The notes beneath the pieces are model-generated. The model ran no database searches, was not told the DNA's origin, and worked only from the letters and a program-made list of their open reading frames with translations. From assembly GCF_009914755.1 (NCBI RefSeq), contig NC_060940.1: a stretch of 64,000 nt of DNA; one strand, given 5' to 3'. This document shows, one piece after another, positions 14,335 to 32,980 of this stretch. The DNA is from the human T2T-CHM13v2.0 reference genome, Homo sapiens. The translations under genes were made by a program, and so were the position numbers. Position 1 is the stretch's first letter. Each line of letters opens with the position of its first letter.

Positions 14335-16870
14335 TCTGAACACAACCCCAGTGTTCATCAACAAGTGAGTGGGTCAACAAGAGTGATCTATCAGCACAAT
14401 GGAATATTATTCAGCCGTAAATAAGAATGAAGTACTGATTCATGCTACAGCATTGATGAACCTTGAAAATACCATGCTAAGTGAAAGAAAGTAGATAAAA
14501 GGAGAACTATTATATGATTAATTGATATGAAACGCCCATGAAAAGCAAATCCATAGAGACAGAAAACAGACTAGCAACTGCCTGCGGTTCACAGGAGGTG
14601 GGCAATGGGGAGTGGCTGCAGATGGGTATAGGATTTGGGGGGAGAAATGACAATGTCTTAAAATTGACTATGGTGATGGTTGTACAACTCTCTGAACATA
14701 GTAAAAACCATTGCATTGTACATTTAATACAGATAAATTGTGCAGTAGGTGAATTATATTTCAATAAAACTGTTATTGGCCTGGCACGGTGGGGGCTCAC
14801 ACCTGTAATCCCAACACTTTGGGAGGCTGAGGCGGGTGGATACCTGAGGTCAGGAGTTCAAGACCAGCTTGGCCAATGGTGTGAAACCCTGTCACTACTA
14901 AAAATACAAAAATTAGCCGGGTGTGCTGGCAGGAGCCTGTAGTCCCAGCTCCTGCTCAGGAGGCTGAGGCAGGAGAATTGCTTGAACCTGCAATGTGGAG
15001 GTGGCAGTGAGCCAAAATTGTACCACTGAACTCCAGCCTGGGCAACAGAGTGAGACTCTGTCTCAAAAAAAAAAAAAGCTGTTATTTTTAGTTTTTATTT
15101 TTAAGAGGTTTCAACTCCCCGCTGGAGTTCCTAATGAGTCCTATCATGTCTTTACCCAGGCTTATCAGTTTTTCAAAACCCACATCCAAAGAAAACCCTA
15201 ACTTAATATTCTGCCACTGAATGTATACAAATAGCCATTGTTTTCCCTTATCCACTCTGTACCAGCCCCTTTTTTTTGAGACGGAGTCTCGCTCTGTTGC
15301 CCAGTTTGGAGTGCAGTGGCGGGAATTCAGATCTCAGCTCACTGCAACCTCTGCCTCCCAGGTTCAAACAGTTATCTGCCTCACCCTCCTGAGTAGCTGG
15401 GATTCCAGGTGCCTGCCACCACACCCGGCTAATTTTTGTATTTTTAGTAGAGATGGGGTTTCACCATCTTGGCCAGGCTGGTCTTGAACTCCTGATCTCG
15501 TGATCCTCCCGAAGTGCTGGGATTACAGGCATGAGCCACTGCGCCCGACATTAACTTTTACAAAGTGAAAGCCAGTTCCTCCAAAAGCTAAAGAGTTACC
15601 ATAGGACCCAGGAATTCCACTCCTAGGCATATACCCAAGAGAACTGAAAACAGGGACTCAAACAAATACATGTACACACACATAGCAGTGTTATTCAGTC
15701 ACCAAAAGGTGGAAACAACCCAAATGTCCATCAAAGAATGAATGGATGAATAAAATGTGATCTAACAGCTGAGCACTATGCTCAGCTGCCTGTAATCCCA
15801 GCTACTCCAGAGGCTGAGGTGGATTGCTCAAGGACAGGAGTTCAAGACCTGCCTGGGCAGCATAGCACAGACACGACCTCTAAAAGTAATAATAAAATAT
15901 ATCTTCCATAAAATAAAATACTATTCAGCCATAAAATGAAATAAACTAGATTCATACTACAACTTGGATGAATCTTGAAAACATTATGCTAAGAGAAAAA
16001 GCCAGACACAAAAGGTCACATATGCTTCCACTTATAAGAAATATTCAGGTTACGCAAATTATAAACAGAAAGTAGATTAGCTTTTGCCAGGAGCTGAAAA
16101 GAGTGGGGAAAAAGGGGAGTGACTGCTAATGGGTACGGTGTTTGTTTTTGAGACAGAGTCTCAATTTGTCGCCCAGGTTCAAGTGCAGTTATCAGGATCT
16201 CGGCTCACTGCAACCTCCCTCTCCTGGGTTCAAGTGATCCTCCCACCTCAGCATCCCTAGTAGCTGGGACTACAGGTGCAAACCACCATGTCCAGCCAAT
16301 TTTTGTGTTTTTAGTAGAGACGGGATTTCACCATGTTGGCCAGGCTAGTCTTGAACTCCTGACCTCAAGTGATCCACCCTCCTTTGGCCTCCCAAAGTGC
16401 TGGGATTACAGGCACGAGCCACCACGTCCACCACCGGTATGGTGTTTCTTTTCGGCATGATGAAAGTGTTCTGAGGACACAGGGTGTCATGGCTTACGCC
16501 TGTAATCCCAGCATGGTGGGAGGCTGAGGTGCGAAGATCACTTGAGCCCAGGAGTTCAAGACCAGCTTGGGCAACATGGTGAAATCCCCATCTCTACTAA
16601 AAATACAAATAGTTAGCTTGGTGTGGTGGCACACGCCTGTAATCCTAGCTACTCAGGAGGCTCAGCTGGGAGCATCACTTGGGCCCAGGAGGTCAAGGCT
16701 GCAGTGATCCGAAGTTGTGCCACTGCATTCCAGCCTGGGCAACTGGAGTGAAAGAAACCCTGTCTCAGGAAAAAAAAAAAAAAGAAAAAATGTTCTGGGA
16801 TTAGATGGTGGTGATGGTTGCACACTTTTGTGAATGCACTGAAAACCATTGAATTGTACATTGAGTATTG
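14335..16870 (+). mobile_element. Old L1M (L1MB/MC-like) 3' fragments interrupted by Alus (14777-15077 +, 15270-15550 -, 16140-16435 -, 16480-16790 +)
   Basis: Typical L1M 3'-end motifs: GGAATATTATTCAGCC, GAACCTTGAAAA…ATGCTAAGTGAAAGAA, GGTGATGGTTGTACAAC, CCAGGAATTCCACTCCTAGGCATATACCC. Confidence 0.8.
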
Positions 16871-17766
16871 AAAATGTTCAGTGTGGGCCGGGTGCAGTGG
16901 CTCACATTGATAATGCCAGCAGACCTTTGTTGGGGAGATGTAATGATATTGCTAAATAGTCAATTCAGCAGCACTCAATGAGGTGATCTGTTCTAGTTTG
17001 GAAGAGATTACAAAGGTGATTTAAGGGATTTAAGGGTAATTATGATCCTACTTGATTTTGGCATTTGTTCCAATCTCGGAACCTCTGTTCTATGCAGGCG
17101 TCCTTTAGCCATTACTCCTGCTGCGCTAGATCACATCTCACCCTTTGCTCTCCACCCTGCCTCTAGCCTGTGTCCCAAATTCATCCTTCCACTTGTTGCT
17201 GAAAAGACCAACTCCTAGACAGGTACTGTGGCTTATGCCTATAATCCCAGCACTGTAGGATGCCAAGATGAGGGGGACTCTGCTAGGCAACACAGTGAAA
17301 CCTCATCTCTGCAAAAAATAAACAAAATTAGCTGGGCATGGTGGTGCGCACCTATAGTCCTAGCTACTCGGGAGGCTGAGGTAGGAGGATTGCTTGAGCC
17401 CGGGAGGCTGAGGCTGCATGAGCCAAGATGGCACCACTGCACTCCAGCCTGGGTGACAGAGCGAGATCCTATCTCAAAAATCAAACAAACAAACAAATAA
17501 AAAAAAAACAACCAACTCCGTTTTTATCAATCCAATCCATTTCCAAGGAACACCAGGAAAGGCAAGAAGAGAAAACACAAGCTCAACTGCAACAGAAGAG
17601 GCCAAACACGGATTTGGAAATGTCATGCCTAAAACCCTCCAGAGGAAACACAAGCTATCGAAAGCACTGTACATTTTCTCTAAGGTGATCAACGGCATTA
17701 TCTATGTCCATGAAGTTTTCTTATAGCCAGCAATCAAGTTGGAAAATATAATTTTAAAAAACATAC

Positions 17767-17950
17767 CTTGTTTTGTGCTGTGATCACTGCAGCTGAACTC
17801 AGCCAGTAGCCACAGGGACTGGTGGCTGGTACTTGGGTCTTCCTGGGGAAGGCACCTCAGGGCCTTGGGGAGGGGCTGAGATTTGCGCCTCTGGCTACGC
17901 TTGAAGCTTGGCTCACGCCTCGATTTCCGAATTGGTCTTAACGGCGGCAT
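17767..17950 (-). CDS. USP7: Candidate distal alternative first coding exon of USP7 (61 codons + 1 nt; MPPLRPIRKSRREPSFKRSQRRKSQ...DHSTKQ)
   Basis: Unique, locally CpG-enriched sequence with ATG at 17950 and a strong donor AAG|GTATGT at 17767/17766. The phase (1) is identical to exon 1. A TATAAG and a pyrimidine-rich Inr-like stretch lie upstream (~18010-18075). Confidence 0.45.
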
Positions 17951-18575
17951 GGGGAATCTCCGGAAAGCAAGCTCTCTGGGGCCTTCCTGAGCTTTCTGAG
18001 CCCGTTCAGAGGAAAATAGGAAATAAGAGAAAGTGATGTGATCCCTGCCTTCTCCGCCTCCAGCTTCTTATAATTCAACTCCCACCTACCCACCCTTCCC
18101 CACCCGGCTCACTGAAGGCTGGATCTGGACTCCTTACCTCATTTGCGTAGCTTAAAGGTTTACTTAAGGCGGTCCCAGAACAAAAGAACAGGCTAAAGTA
18201 ATTTTGAAGACTCCACCTTTGTTTTTATTTTCTTTCCTTTTTCTTCTGTTTTAATTTTTTAATTTTTTTTTTTTTTTTGAGACAGAGTCTCACTCTGTCA
18301 CCCAGGCTGGAGTGTGGTGGTGCGATCTCAGCTCACTGAAACCTCTGCCTTCTGGGTTAAAATGATTCTTCTGCCTCAGCCTCCCAAGTAGCAGGGATTA
18401 CAGGCGCATACCACCACACCTGGCTAATTTTTTTTGTATCTTTAGTAGAGACGGGGTTTCACCAGGTTGGCCAGGCTGGTCTCAAACTCCTGACCTCAAG
18501 TGAGCCGCCTGCCTCGGCTTCCCAAAGTGCTGGGATTACAGGCGTGAGCCACCACGCCCAGCCCCGGACATTTCT

Positions 18576-20059
18576 TTTTTTCTTTTTTTTTTAATTTTAC
18601 TTTAAGTTCTAGGGTACATGTTCACAACGTGCAGGTTTGTTACATATGTATACATGTGCCATGTTGGTGTGCTGCACCCGTTAACTTGTCATTTACATTA
18701 GGTATATCTCCTAATGCTATCCCTCCCCACTCCCCCCACCCCCCAGCAGGCCCTGGTGTGTGATGTTCCCCACCCTGTATCCATGTGTTCTCATTGTTCA
18801 GTTCCCACCTATGAGTGACAACACACGGTGTTTGGTTTTCTGTCCTTGCAATAGTTTGCCCAGAATGATGGTTTCCAGCTTCATCCATGTCCCTATAAAG
18901 GACATGAACTCATCCTTTTTTATGGCTGCATAGTATCCCATGGTCTATATGTGCCACATTTCTGAATCCAGTCTATCATTGATCGACATTTGGGTTGGTT
19001 CCAAGTCTTTGCTATTGTGAATAGTGCTGCAATAAACATATGTGTGCGTGTGTCTTTATAGCAGCATGATTTATAATCCTTTGGCTATATGCCCAGTAAT
19101 GGGATAGCTGGATCAAATGGCATTTCTAGTTCTAGATCCTTGAGGAATCACCACACTGTCTTCCACAATGGTTGAACTAGTTTACAGTCCCACCAACAGT
19201 GTAAAAGCGTTCCTATTTCTCCACATCCTCTCCAGCACCTGTTGTTTCCTGACTTTTAATGATTGCCATTCTAACTGGTGTGAGATGGTATCTCATTGTG
19301 GTTTTGATTTGCATTTCTCTGATGGCCAGTGATGATGAGCATTTTTTCACGTGTCTTTTGGCTGCATAAATGTCTTCTTTTGAGAAGTGTCTGTTCATAT
19401 CCTTCACCCACTTTTGATGGGGTTGTTTGACTTTTTCTTGTAAATTTGTTTAAGTTCTTTGTAGATTCTGGATATTAGCCCTTTGTCAGATAGGTAGATT
19501 GTAAAAATTTTCTCCCATTCTGTAGGTTGCCTGTTCACTCCAATAGTAGTTTGTTTTGCTGTGCAAAAGCTCTTTAGTTTAATTAGATCCCATTTGTCAA
19601 TTTTGGCTTTTGTTGCCATTGCTTTTGGTGTTTTAGTCATGAAGTCCTTGCCCATGCCTATGGCCTGAGTGGTATTGCCTAGGTTTTCTTCTAGAGTTTT
19701 TATGGTTTTAGGTCTAACGTTTAAGTCTTTAATCCATCTTGAATTGATTTTTGTATAAGGTATAAGGAAGAGATCCAGTTTCAGCTTTTACATATGGCTA
19801 GCCAGTTTTCCCAGCACCATTTATTAACTAGGGAATCCTTTCCCCATTTCTTGCTTCTGTCAGGTTTGTCAAAGAGCAGATGGTTGTAGATGTGTGGTAT
19901 TATTTCCGAGGGCTCTATTCCATTCCATTGGTCTATATCTCTGTTTTGGTACCAGTACCATGCTGTTTTGGTTACTGTAGCCTTGTAGTGTAGTTTGAAG
20001 TCAGGTAACATGATGCCTCCACCTTTGTTCTTTTGGCTTAGGATTGTCTTGGCAATGCA
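18576..20059 (-). mobile_element. 5'-truncated primate L1PA (ORF2 C-terminal part + 3' UTR + poly-A)
   Basis: ORF2 peptides are visible ([34 protein letters not shown]; [21 protein letters not shown]; [14 protein letters not shown]) with frameshifts, followed by the characteristic L1 3' UTR. A degenerate 17-bp TSD lies at 18559-18575 and 20060-20076. Confidence 0.95.
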
Positions 20060-20493
20060 CAGCCCTAGAAATTTCTATGAGAAACTACTGCACTTCTTTC
20101 TTTCTTCTCTCTTTCTTTCTTTTTCTTCTTTCCTTCTTTCCTCCCTCCATTTCTTCCTTCATTTTCTTTTCATTTGTTTCTTTATTGTCTTTCTCTGTCT
20201 CCTAGGCTGAGTGCAGTGGTGCAATCATAGCTCACTGCAGCCTCGACCTCCTGGGCTCAAGCGATCCTCCCACCTCAGCCTCCTGAGTAGGTGCGACTAT
20301 AGGTGTGTGCCACTACGCTTTTTGTTTTTAAGTTTTTTGTAGAGATGGGGTGGCCATGTTGCCCAGGCTGGCCTTGAACTCCTAGCCTCAAGAGATCTTC
20401 CTGCCTTGGCCTTCCAAAGTGCTGGGATTACAAGTGTGAACCACCAGGACCAGTGCCTGCACCTTTTTCTAAGTACACTACAAAAATGTCTCA

Positions 20494-20820
<327 letters not shown>

Positions 20821-20823
20821 TCA

Positions 20824-20916
<93 letters not shown>

Positions 20917-20925
20917 TCAAAACAA

Positions 20926-20964
<39 letters not shown>

Positions 20965-21195
20965 AAACAGGACCTGGTGTGGTGGCTCAAGCCTATAATC
21001 CCAGCACGTTGGGAAGCTGAGGTGGGAGAATCGCTGGAGCAAAGGAGGTCAAGACTAGCTTGGGCAACATAGCAAGACCGCCTTTCTACAAAAATTAACG
21101 AAAAAATAAAAATAAAGCCAGGCATGATGTCTCATGCCTGCAATCTTAGCACTTTGGGCTGAGAGGCAGGAGTATTGCTTGAGCCCAGAAGTTCA

Positions 21196-21598
<403 letters not shown>

Positions 21599-22184
21599 TC
21601 AGGAGCCAGAGGCAGGAGCATCACTTGAACCCAGGAGGCAAAGGTTGCAGTGAGCCAAGATTGTGCCATTGCACTCCAGCCTGGGCAACAGAGCAAGACT
21701 CCATCTCAAATAAATAAATAAATAAATAAAATAAAAATAAAGTAAAAATAACAAAACACTGTCACTCTCCAAATATCTGCTAGGACAATTCGATGAATAA
21801 TACATACATACATAGATAAATTTAGCAATGGTCCAAATAAGCGTCTGCCATGTAAATGCTGTGCATTTCATTGTACGCATTGTTTTCCAGAAGATGTAGC
21901 CCTTCACAGGTCCCAGTGTTTGCTTCTGCCAGGTGCCTTGGGAGGCTATGCAGACAGGTCCACTTTGGATAGTATCCTTATCATCTTCACCACGTTATCT
22001 CATTGTTTACATTACAGAACAGGGTCTCTGCGTGGTTAACAGAAACATAATTTAACATAGCACAATTGCAGGCCATATTATATATTGTTGTTGCTTATTT
22101 ATTTATACTACATCTTTAGAAGTAGTTCCCAAGTTGCTTAGTTGATACATTACTCCCGCTCATGAGTTTATTAATATGAAATAA

Positions 22185-22667
<483 letters not shown>

Positions 22668-22883
22668 TAAGTGTTCTTGCCACAAAAACCATAAAAAACA
22701 AAAGACAGCAAGGGGACCCAGCAAATATTTTGGGAATCATGGATGTGTCTATTACCTTCATTATAGTGATGGTATCGTGGGTATATGCATATGTCCAAGC
22801 TTGTTAAAATGCACAGAGTTGGCAGGGCGTGGTGGCTCATGTCTGTAATCCCAACACTTTGGGAGGCGGAGGCAGGCGGATCA

Positions 22884-23186
<303 letters not shown>

Positions 23187-23440
23187 TTATCAAATGGCAG
23201 AGTAGGCCAATTGTGGGCTCATGCCTATAATCCCAGCACTTTGGGAAACTGAGGCAGGAGGATCCCTTGAGCCCAGGAGGTTAAGGCTGAACCGAGCTGT
23301 GATGGTGTCACTACACTCCCGCCTGCGAGAAAGAGCAAGACCCTGTCTCCGAAAAACAAAAACCCACAAAAAATAAATAAGTATACCTCAATAAAGGTAC
23401 AGAAAACAAGTGATGAAAAAATAAAATAGTGCTTTTCACA

Positions 23441-23467
23441 TTATATATGTGTATATATGTATATATA

Positions 23468-23498
<31 letters not shown>

Positions 23499-23530
23499 AT
23501 ATATATGTGTATATATATACATATATATAT
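23441..23530. repeat. Compound (TA)/(TG) dinucleotide repeat
   Basis: Read directly. Confidence 0.9.
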
Positions 23531-23537
23531 TTTTTGA

Positions 23538-23753
<216 letters not shown>

Positions 23754-23824
23754 TGATCTGCCTGCTTCAGCCTCCCAAAGTGCTGGGATTACAGGCCAGC
23801 ATGCCCAGCCTTCACATTATATTA

Positions 23825-25460
<1,636 letters not shown>

Positions 25461-25779
25461 AGGGGGGAGTTTTAAAATACCCATTGAACCAACTATCATG
25501 CACTTCATGTCACTTTTAGCTTTTTACAGCAGCTTCTATAAACGTGCATGACATCTGGTAGGGGGTCAAAAGCTGTGAACAGCAGGAAGAAAGGAAGGAA
25601 GGAGGGAAGGGGATGAGGACAATATGGATATAATTTAGCAGTAAAAGAAAAGACTGAAATCGTTCCATTCATTAATTCAATCTCCCAACAGGCATTTACT
25701 GAGCACGTACTATGTGCCTGGCATCGTACTAGGCAGTGGGAACACAGGTGTGAACAAAATAAGTGTAGCAACCACCTCA

Positions 25780-26134
<355 letters not shown>

Positions 26135-26695
26135 TCAAGTCTGTTATACTCATTTCTCCCTAAATCAAATGACTTTCAGATGTGTCCGTGATGCCACCAG
26201 CAGGGGATAATTCATCTTTGAGTGTCCCTTTCACCTTACGTTCTGGTGGGAAAGTGAGACAAGAAATGAACACATCTGTGAGCGGCAGGAGGCAGAGGGA
26301 GGAGAGAGTGGTGGAGAGCACTCTTCCCAGGACGGGGCCTAAGACAACCTTGTAGGAGGTGACTGGGACCAAGAGTCAGACAGCCCTGGGCTTCGCTGAC
26401 AGCCAGCACCGCTGCTTCTCGGGCTGAGGCCCCCCCTCTGGGTCTGTCTCAGTGTTTGAATTCGTAACAATGGAGGTACTGATGGTCCCCCGTGGAGTTA
26501 CTCTGAAGATGGAATGAGGCAATGAAATGAAACAGAGGCCCCCAGGTGTGCGCCGTTCTTATCCTGAGTGTGCGGGCGGCAAGCCCTGTTTCTAGGACGT
26601 CTGCCCTCATTCTGATGCTGTGCCTGGGACTGAGGAGCAGGTCCATTCACCTCCATACAGAATGCTCAAAACAATAGGCCGGGCGCGGTGGCTCA

Positions 26696-27240
<545 letters not shown>

Positions 27241-27519
27241 TCAGGAATTTGGGACCAGCCTGGGCCACACAATGAGACCCCCATCTCTAAAAAAATAATT
27301 AAATAAAAAAAGACCCTGGACTCCTGAGTGGAGATTAGATTTAGCTTCTCATCTCCTTCGGCTCCAATGCCCCAACACCCAGGTTGATCTTAAGCCATCT
27401 TTCCTCTGAGAAGGAAACACTGGTTCATCTCCCATGATGAGATGACCTTTAGAAGTCCTTCTAGGGGTGCTCCCGACCATTTCTGGACCATGTCCTATTT
27501 TATTTATTTACTTTTTTGA

Positions 27520-28162
<643 letters not shown>

Positions 28163-28508
28163 TAGTAGAGACGGGGTTTCACCATGTTAGCCAGGATGGT
28201 CTCGATCTCCTGACCTCGTGATCCACCCGCCTCAGCCTCCCAAAGTGCTGGGATTACAGGCGTGAGCCACCGCACCCGGCCAATTTTTTGTATTTTTAGT
28301 AGAGATGGGGTTTCACTGTGTTAGCCAGGATGGTCTCGATCTCCTGACCTCGTGATTCGCACACCTCAGCCTCCCAAAGTGCTGGGATTACAGGCGTGAG
28401 CCACCGCACCCGGCCATTTTTTTTTTTTTTTTTTTTGAGACAGAGTTTTGTTACCCAGGCTGGATTTCAGTGGTGGGATCTTGGCTCACTGCAACCTCCG
28501 CCTCCTGG

Positions 28509-28616
28509 TTTCTTTGCAGCCCTGTGTCCAAGCACCGTTGCCTCCCCTGCATCCCATTTCTGTCTGGGATGGTTGTGCAGGGGGCAATGGTGCTTGGACA
28601 CAGGGCTGCAAAGAAA
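28509..28616. repeat. 108-bp near-perfect inverted repeat (hairpin)
   Basis: A 28-bp perfect outer stem TTTCTTTGCAGCCCTGTGTCCAAGCACC / GGTGCTTGGACACAGGGCTGCAAAGAAA, continuing with a G-T pair, bulges and an inner TCCCA/TGGGA stem. Confidence 0.95.
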
Positions 28617-29058
28617 TGAACAAAAATTCAGGCAACGTAGTGAGACTCTGTCTCCTGCGGTTGATACCTGTTCTACCTCCCATGGCTACTCTTGCTCCCT
28701 TCCCATTTGCAGGGGCTGTTAGGACTCCACTGAACAGTTCAGTGCCTTTTTATTGAGTGCCTATGAGATGCCAGGCCCTGTCCTGGGTATTGTGGGCACT
28801 GTGGAGCGAGATGTCTTTGACCCTAAAGAGCTTTTATTCCAGTTCAGGGAGAGAGACTAGGCGAGACATGAAATATACAGGGTCACAGGAGTCTCAGTGG
28901 ACTGGGGTCAGGGAGAAAGCAGAGGAGAGCGAGGAGCCAGGAGAGCCCTGGCTTCGGGAGGTCAGGGTGGTGTCCAGGCAGGGAGGGGCGTGGGGAGGGT
29001 GTGGCAGGAGGAGTCTCATCAGGAGTGGGTGACTGCTGGGACTTCTCATTGCTGCTGA

Positions 29059-29403
<345 letters not shown>

Positions 29404-30020
29404 TGATATTCCTGACCTCAAGTGATCTGCTGGCTTTGGCTGGGATTACAGGCGTGAGCCACTACACCCAGCCTGGCTTCTAACCCTCAAGGGTCCCCAT
29501 TACTCTTGGGACAGAGGTGAAGCTTTCCAGGGGGTAGTCTGGCCTCTGCACTTCTCTGCATCCTCGGCTACTTCCACCTCTCCCAGCCCCTCCTCACCAG
29601 CCACATAGGCCACAGGGCCTTTGCAAAAGTGGCTCCCTCTGCCCAGAAAATTCTTTGCTTCCTACTTCCCTTCATGCACTCCCGGACTAGTTCAACTCCT
29701 CATCAGCATCTCCCTTGGGCACCTTCCTCCTCAGTACTTGTTCCTGTTGTCAATACACGTTTATTTGGGCAAGTGTTTAATAATCGACTCTCTTGTCGTC
29801 TGCAGAACCCTCAGCATCTCATACAGGGCCTGCCACTTAGTAGGGAGGCAACTTGGTTTTTTTATGTTTTTGAGACAGGGTCTTGCTCTGTTGCCCAGGC
29901 TGGAGAGCAGTGGTGCAACCACAGCTCACTGCAGCCTTGACCTCCCAGGCTCATGCAGTCCTCCCACCTGAGCCTCCCAACTAGCTGGGACTACAGGCAT
30001 GCACCAGCATGCCCGACTAA

Positions 30021-30167
<147 letters not shown>

Positions 30168-30481
30168 TGAGAGAACAAAAGGATAAATGCACAAAGGTCT
30201 CTGCATTCACGACACGGTTAGGCACACTGGGATAAAGTCCAGGCTTAGCCACTCCCAGGGCCCAGCCTGGGTGAGGCATGTGGTCTCTTTGAACTTCACT
30301 GTTTGTCTTTTGTAACACGGAGTGATCACAGTAGCTCCTGCTTTATTGGTTTTTTGTTTTTTGTTTTTGAGAGAGAGAGTTTTGCTCTTGTCATACACGC
30401 TGAAGTGCAATGATTCGATCTCAGCTTACTGCAACTTCCACCTCCCGGGGTTCAAGCAATTCTCCTGCCTCAGCCTCCTGA

Positions 30482-30679
<198 letters not shown>

Positions 30680-30925
30680 TAAAATATATGTAACAAAAAA
30701 TTTACCATTTTCACCATTTTCTTTTCTTTGTTTTTTAGAGACAGGATCTCGTTGTGTCACCCATGCTGAACTGCAGTGGTGGGATCATGGCTTACTGCAA
30801 CCTTGAACTCCTGGGCTCAAGCAGTCCTTCTACCTCAGCCTCCTGGGTAGCTGGGACCACAGGCCCGTGCCCAGCTTCATTTTCACCATTTTCAGGTGTG
30901 CAATTCGGTGACATTATAGGCCTAA

Positions 30926-31173
<248 letters not shown>

Positions 31174-32757
31174 TAGTAGAGGCCGGATTTCACCGTGTTT
31201 GCCAGGATGGTCTCGATCTCCTGACCTCATGATCCACCCGCCTCGGCCTCCCAAAGTGCTGGGATTACAGGCGTGAACCACCGCACCCGGCCAAAAACAG
31301 TGCTAATTATTATTAGTAGTGTGACAATGATGCCAATAAACACTTATTTCACACTTGCCCACGCAAGCAGTGAGTGCCCTGGGCTCCTGGACAATTGTAA
31401 ATTCATTCAGTCCTCATCCCAATTCAATGAGGCACAGGTTATGTGATCCCCATTTTACAGATGAAGTAACTAGGATAACAGAGGGGTTCAGTAACCTGCC
31501 TAATATCACACAGCAGAGCTGGGGATTCAGCCCGGCTCCAGAGTCCACGTTCTTTTTTTTTTTTTTTTCTTGGAGACAGTCTCGCTCTTTTGTCCAGGCT
31601 GGAGTGCAGTGGTGCAATCATAGCTCACTGCAGCCTTGACCCTCCTGGGCTCAAGTGATGCTCCCACCTCAGTCTCCTGAGAAGCTGGGGCTGCAGGCGT
31701 GCACAGCCATGCCTGCCTAATTTTCATTTTATTGTTTTGTTGAGACGAGGTCTCACATTGTTGCCCAGACTAGTGTTAAAGTCCTGGGCTCAAGCCAGAT
31801 TCCTCCCGCCTTTTTTTTTTTTTTGGATGCAAGGTCTCACTATGTTGCCCCAGGCTGGTCTTGAACTCCTGGGCTCAAGCAATTCTCCCACCTCGGCCTT
31901 CCAAAGTGCTGGGATTACAGGCGTGTGCCACCGCGCCCAGCCCAAAGTCCACACTCTTAACCTCCATGCAGTGCCAACCTCAGACAAAACCAGAGCAGTT
32001 GGTGTTTTCCCAGAAGCAGGACAGGGTTAGAAATTAAAGTTTCCCAAGGAATAACTGGGGGCTGGGGGCAGGGGGTGGTTTACTCAACCCGGGTGCCACC
32101 TGTAGGTGGCACAAACCTGCTGCTTGCAGTGAAACAGGGCGGATTCCCAGAAGGCATCCTCCTGGCCCCTCGGCCCCTTCTCTTTCATGTATGGCCTCTT
32201 CTAGCCTGGCTGTCGCTTGTTGGGCGGGAAGCAGGTCATGAGCTTCCGAGTGGCTTTTTCCCCAGGAGTTGTGACCAGCTGTGACCTGTGACCGGCTCTG
32301 CTGCCCTCACGGAAACCACAAAACACTCTTTCAGTCCTGACATGGGCAGGATGGGAGCTGATTCAGGCCCAGCACTCAGCTTCCTCTCAGTCCGTCTGCC
32401 GTCAGAGGGAAAAGAACCGCCAGTGGAAAGGAAGAGGCTCCATCCCTCTGGCTGCCACACCCAGATGCTCAGGACATCCCAAGCAGAGACCTGGTGGGCA
32501 CAGTGGCTCACACCTGTAATCCCAGTACTTTGGGAGGCTGAGGTGGAAGGATCACTTGAGCTCAGGAGTTCCAGACCAGGCCGGACGCGGTGGCACATCC
32601 CTGTAATCCCAGCACTTTGGGAGGTCAAAGCGGACAGATCACCTGAGGTGAGGAGTTTGAGACCAGCTTCACCAACATGGTGAAACCCCGTGTCTACTAA
32701 AAAAAATACAAAAATTTGCTGGGCATGGAGATGCATACCTGTAATCCCAGCTACTTA

Positions 32758-32862
<105 letters not shown>

Positions 32863-32948
32863 TCAAAAAAAAAAAAAAAGAATTCCAGACCAGCCTAGGC
32901 AACATAGTGAGACCTCGTCTCTACTAAAATTAAAATCTATATATCTAA

Positions 32949-32980
<32 letters not shown>

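Noticed and set aside
18640-20011. L1 ORF2-like peptides as a functional gene
   Set aside because: Frameshifted fragments of a 5'-truncated L1 lacking ORF1, the endonuclease and most of the RT.
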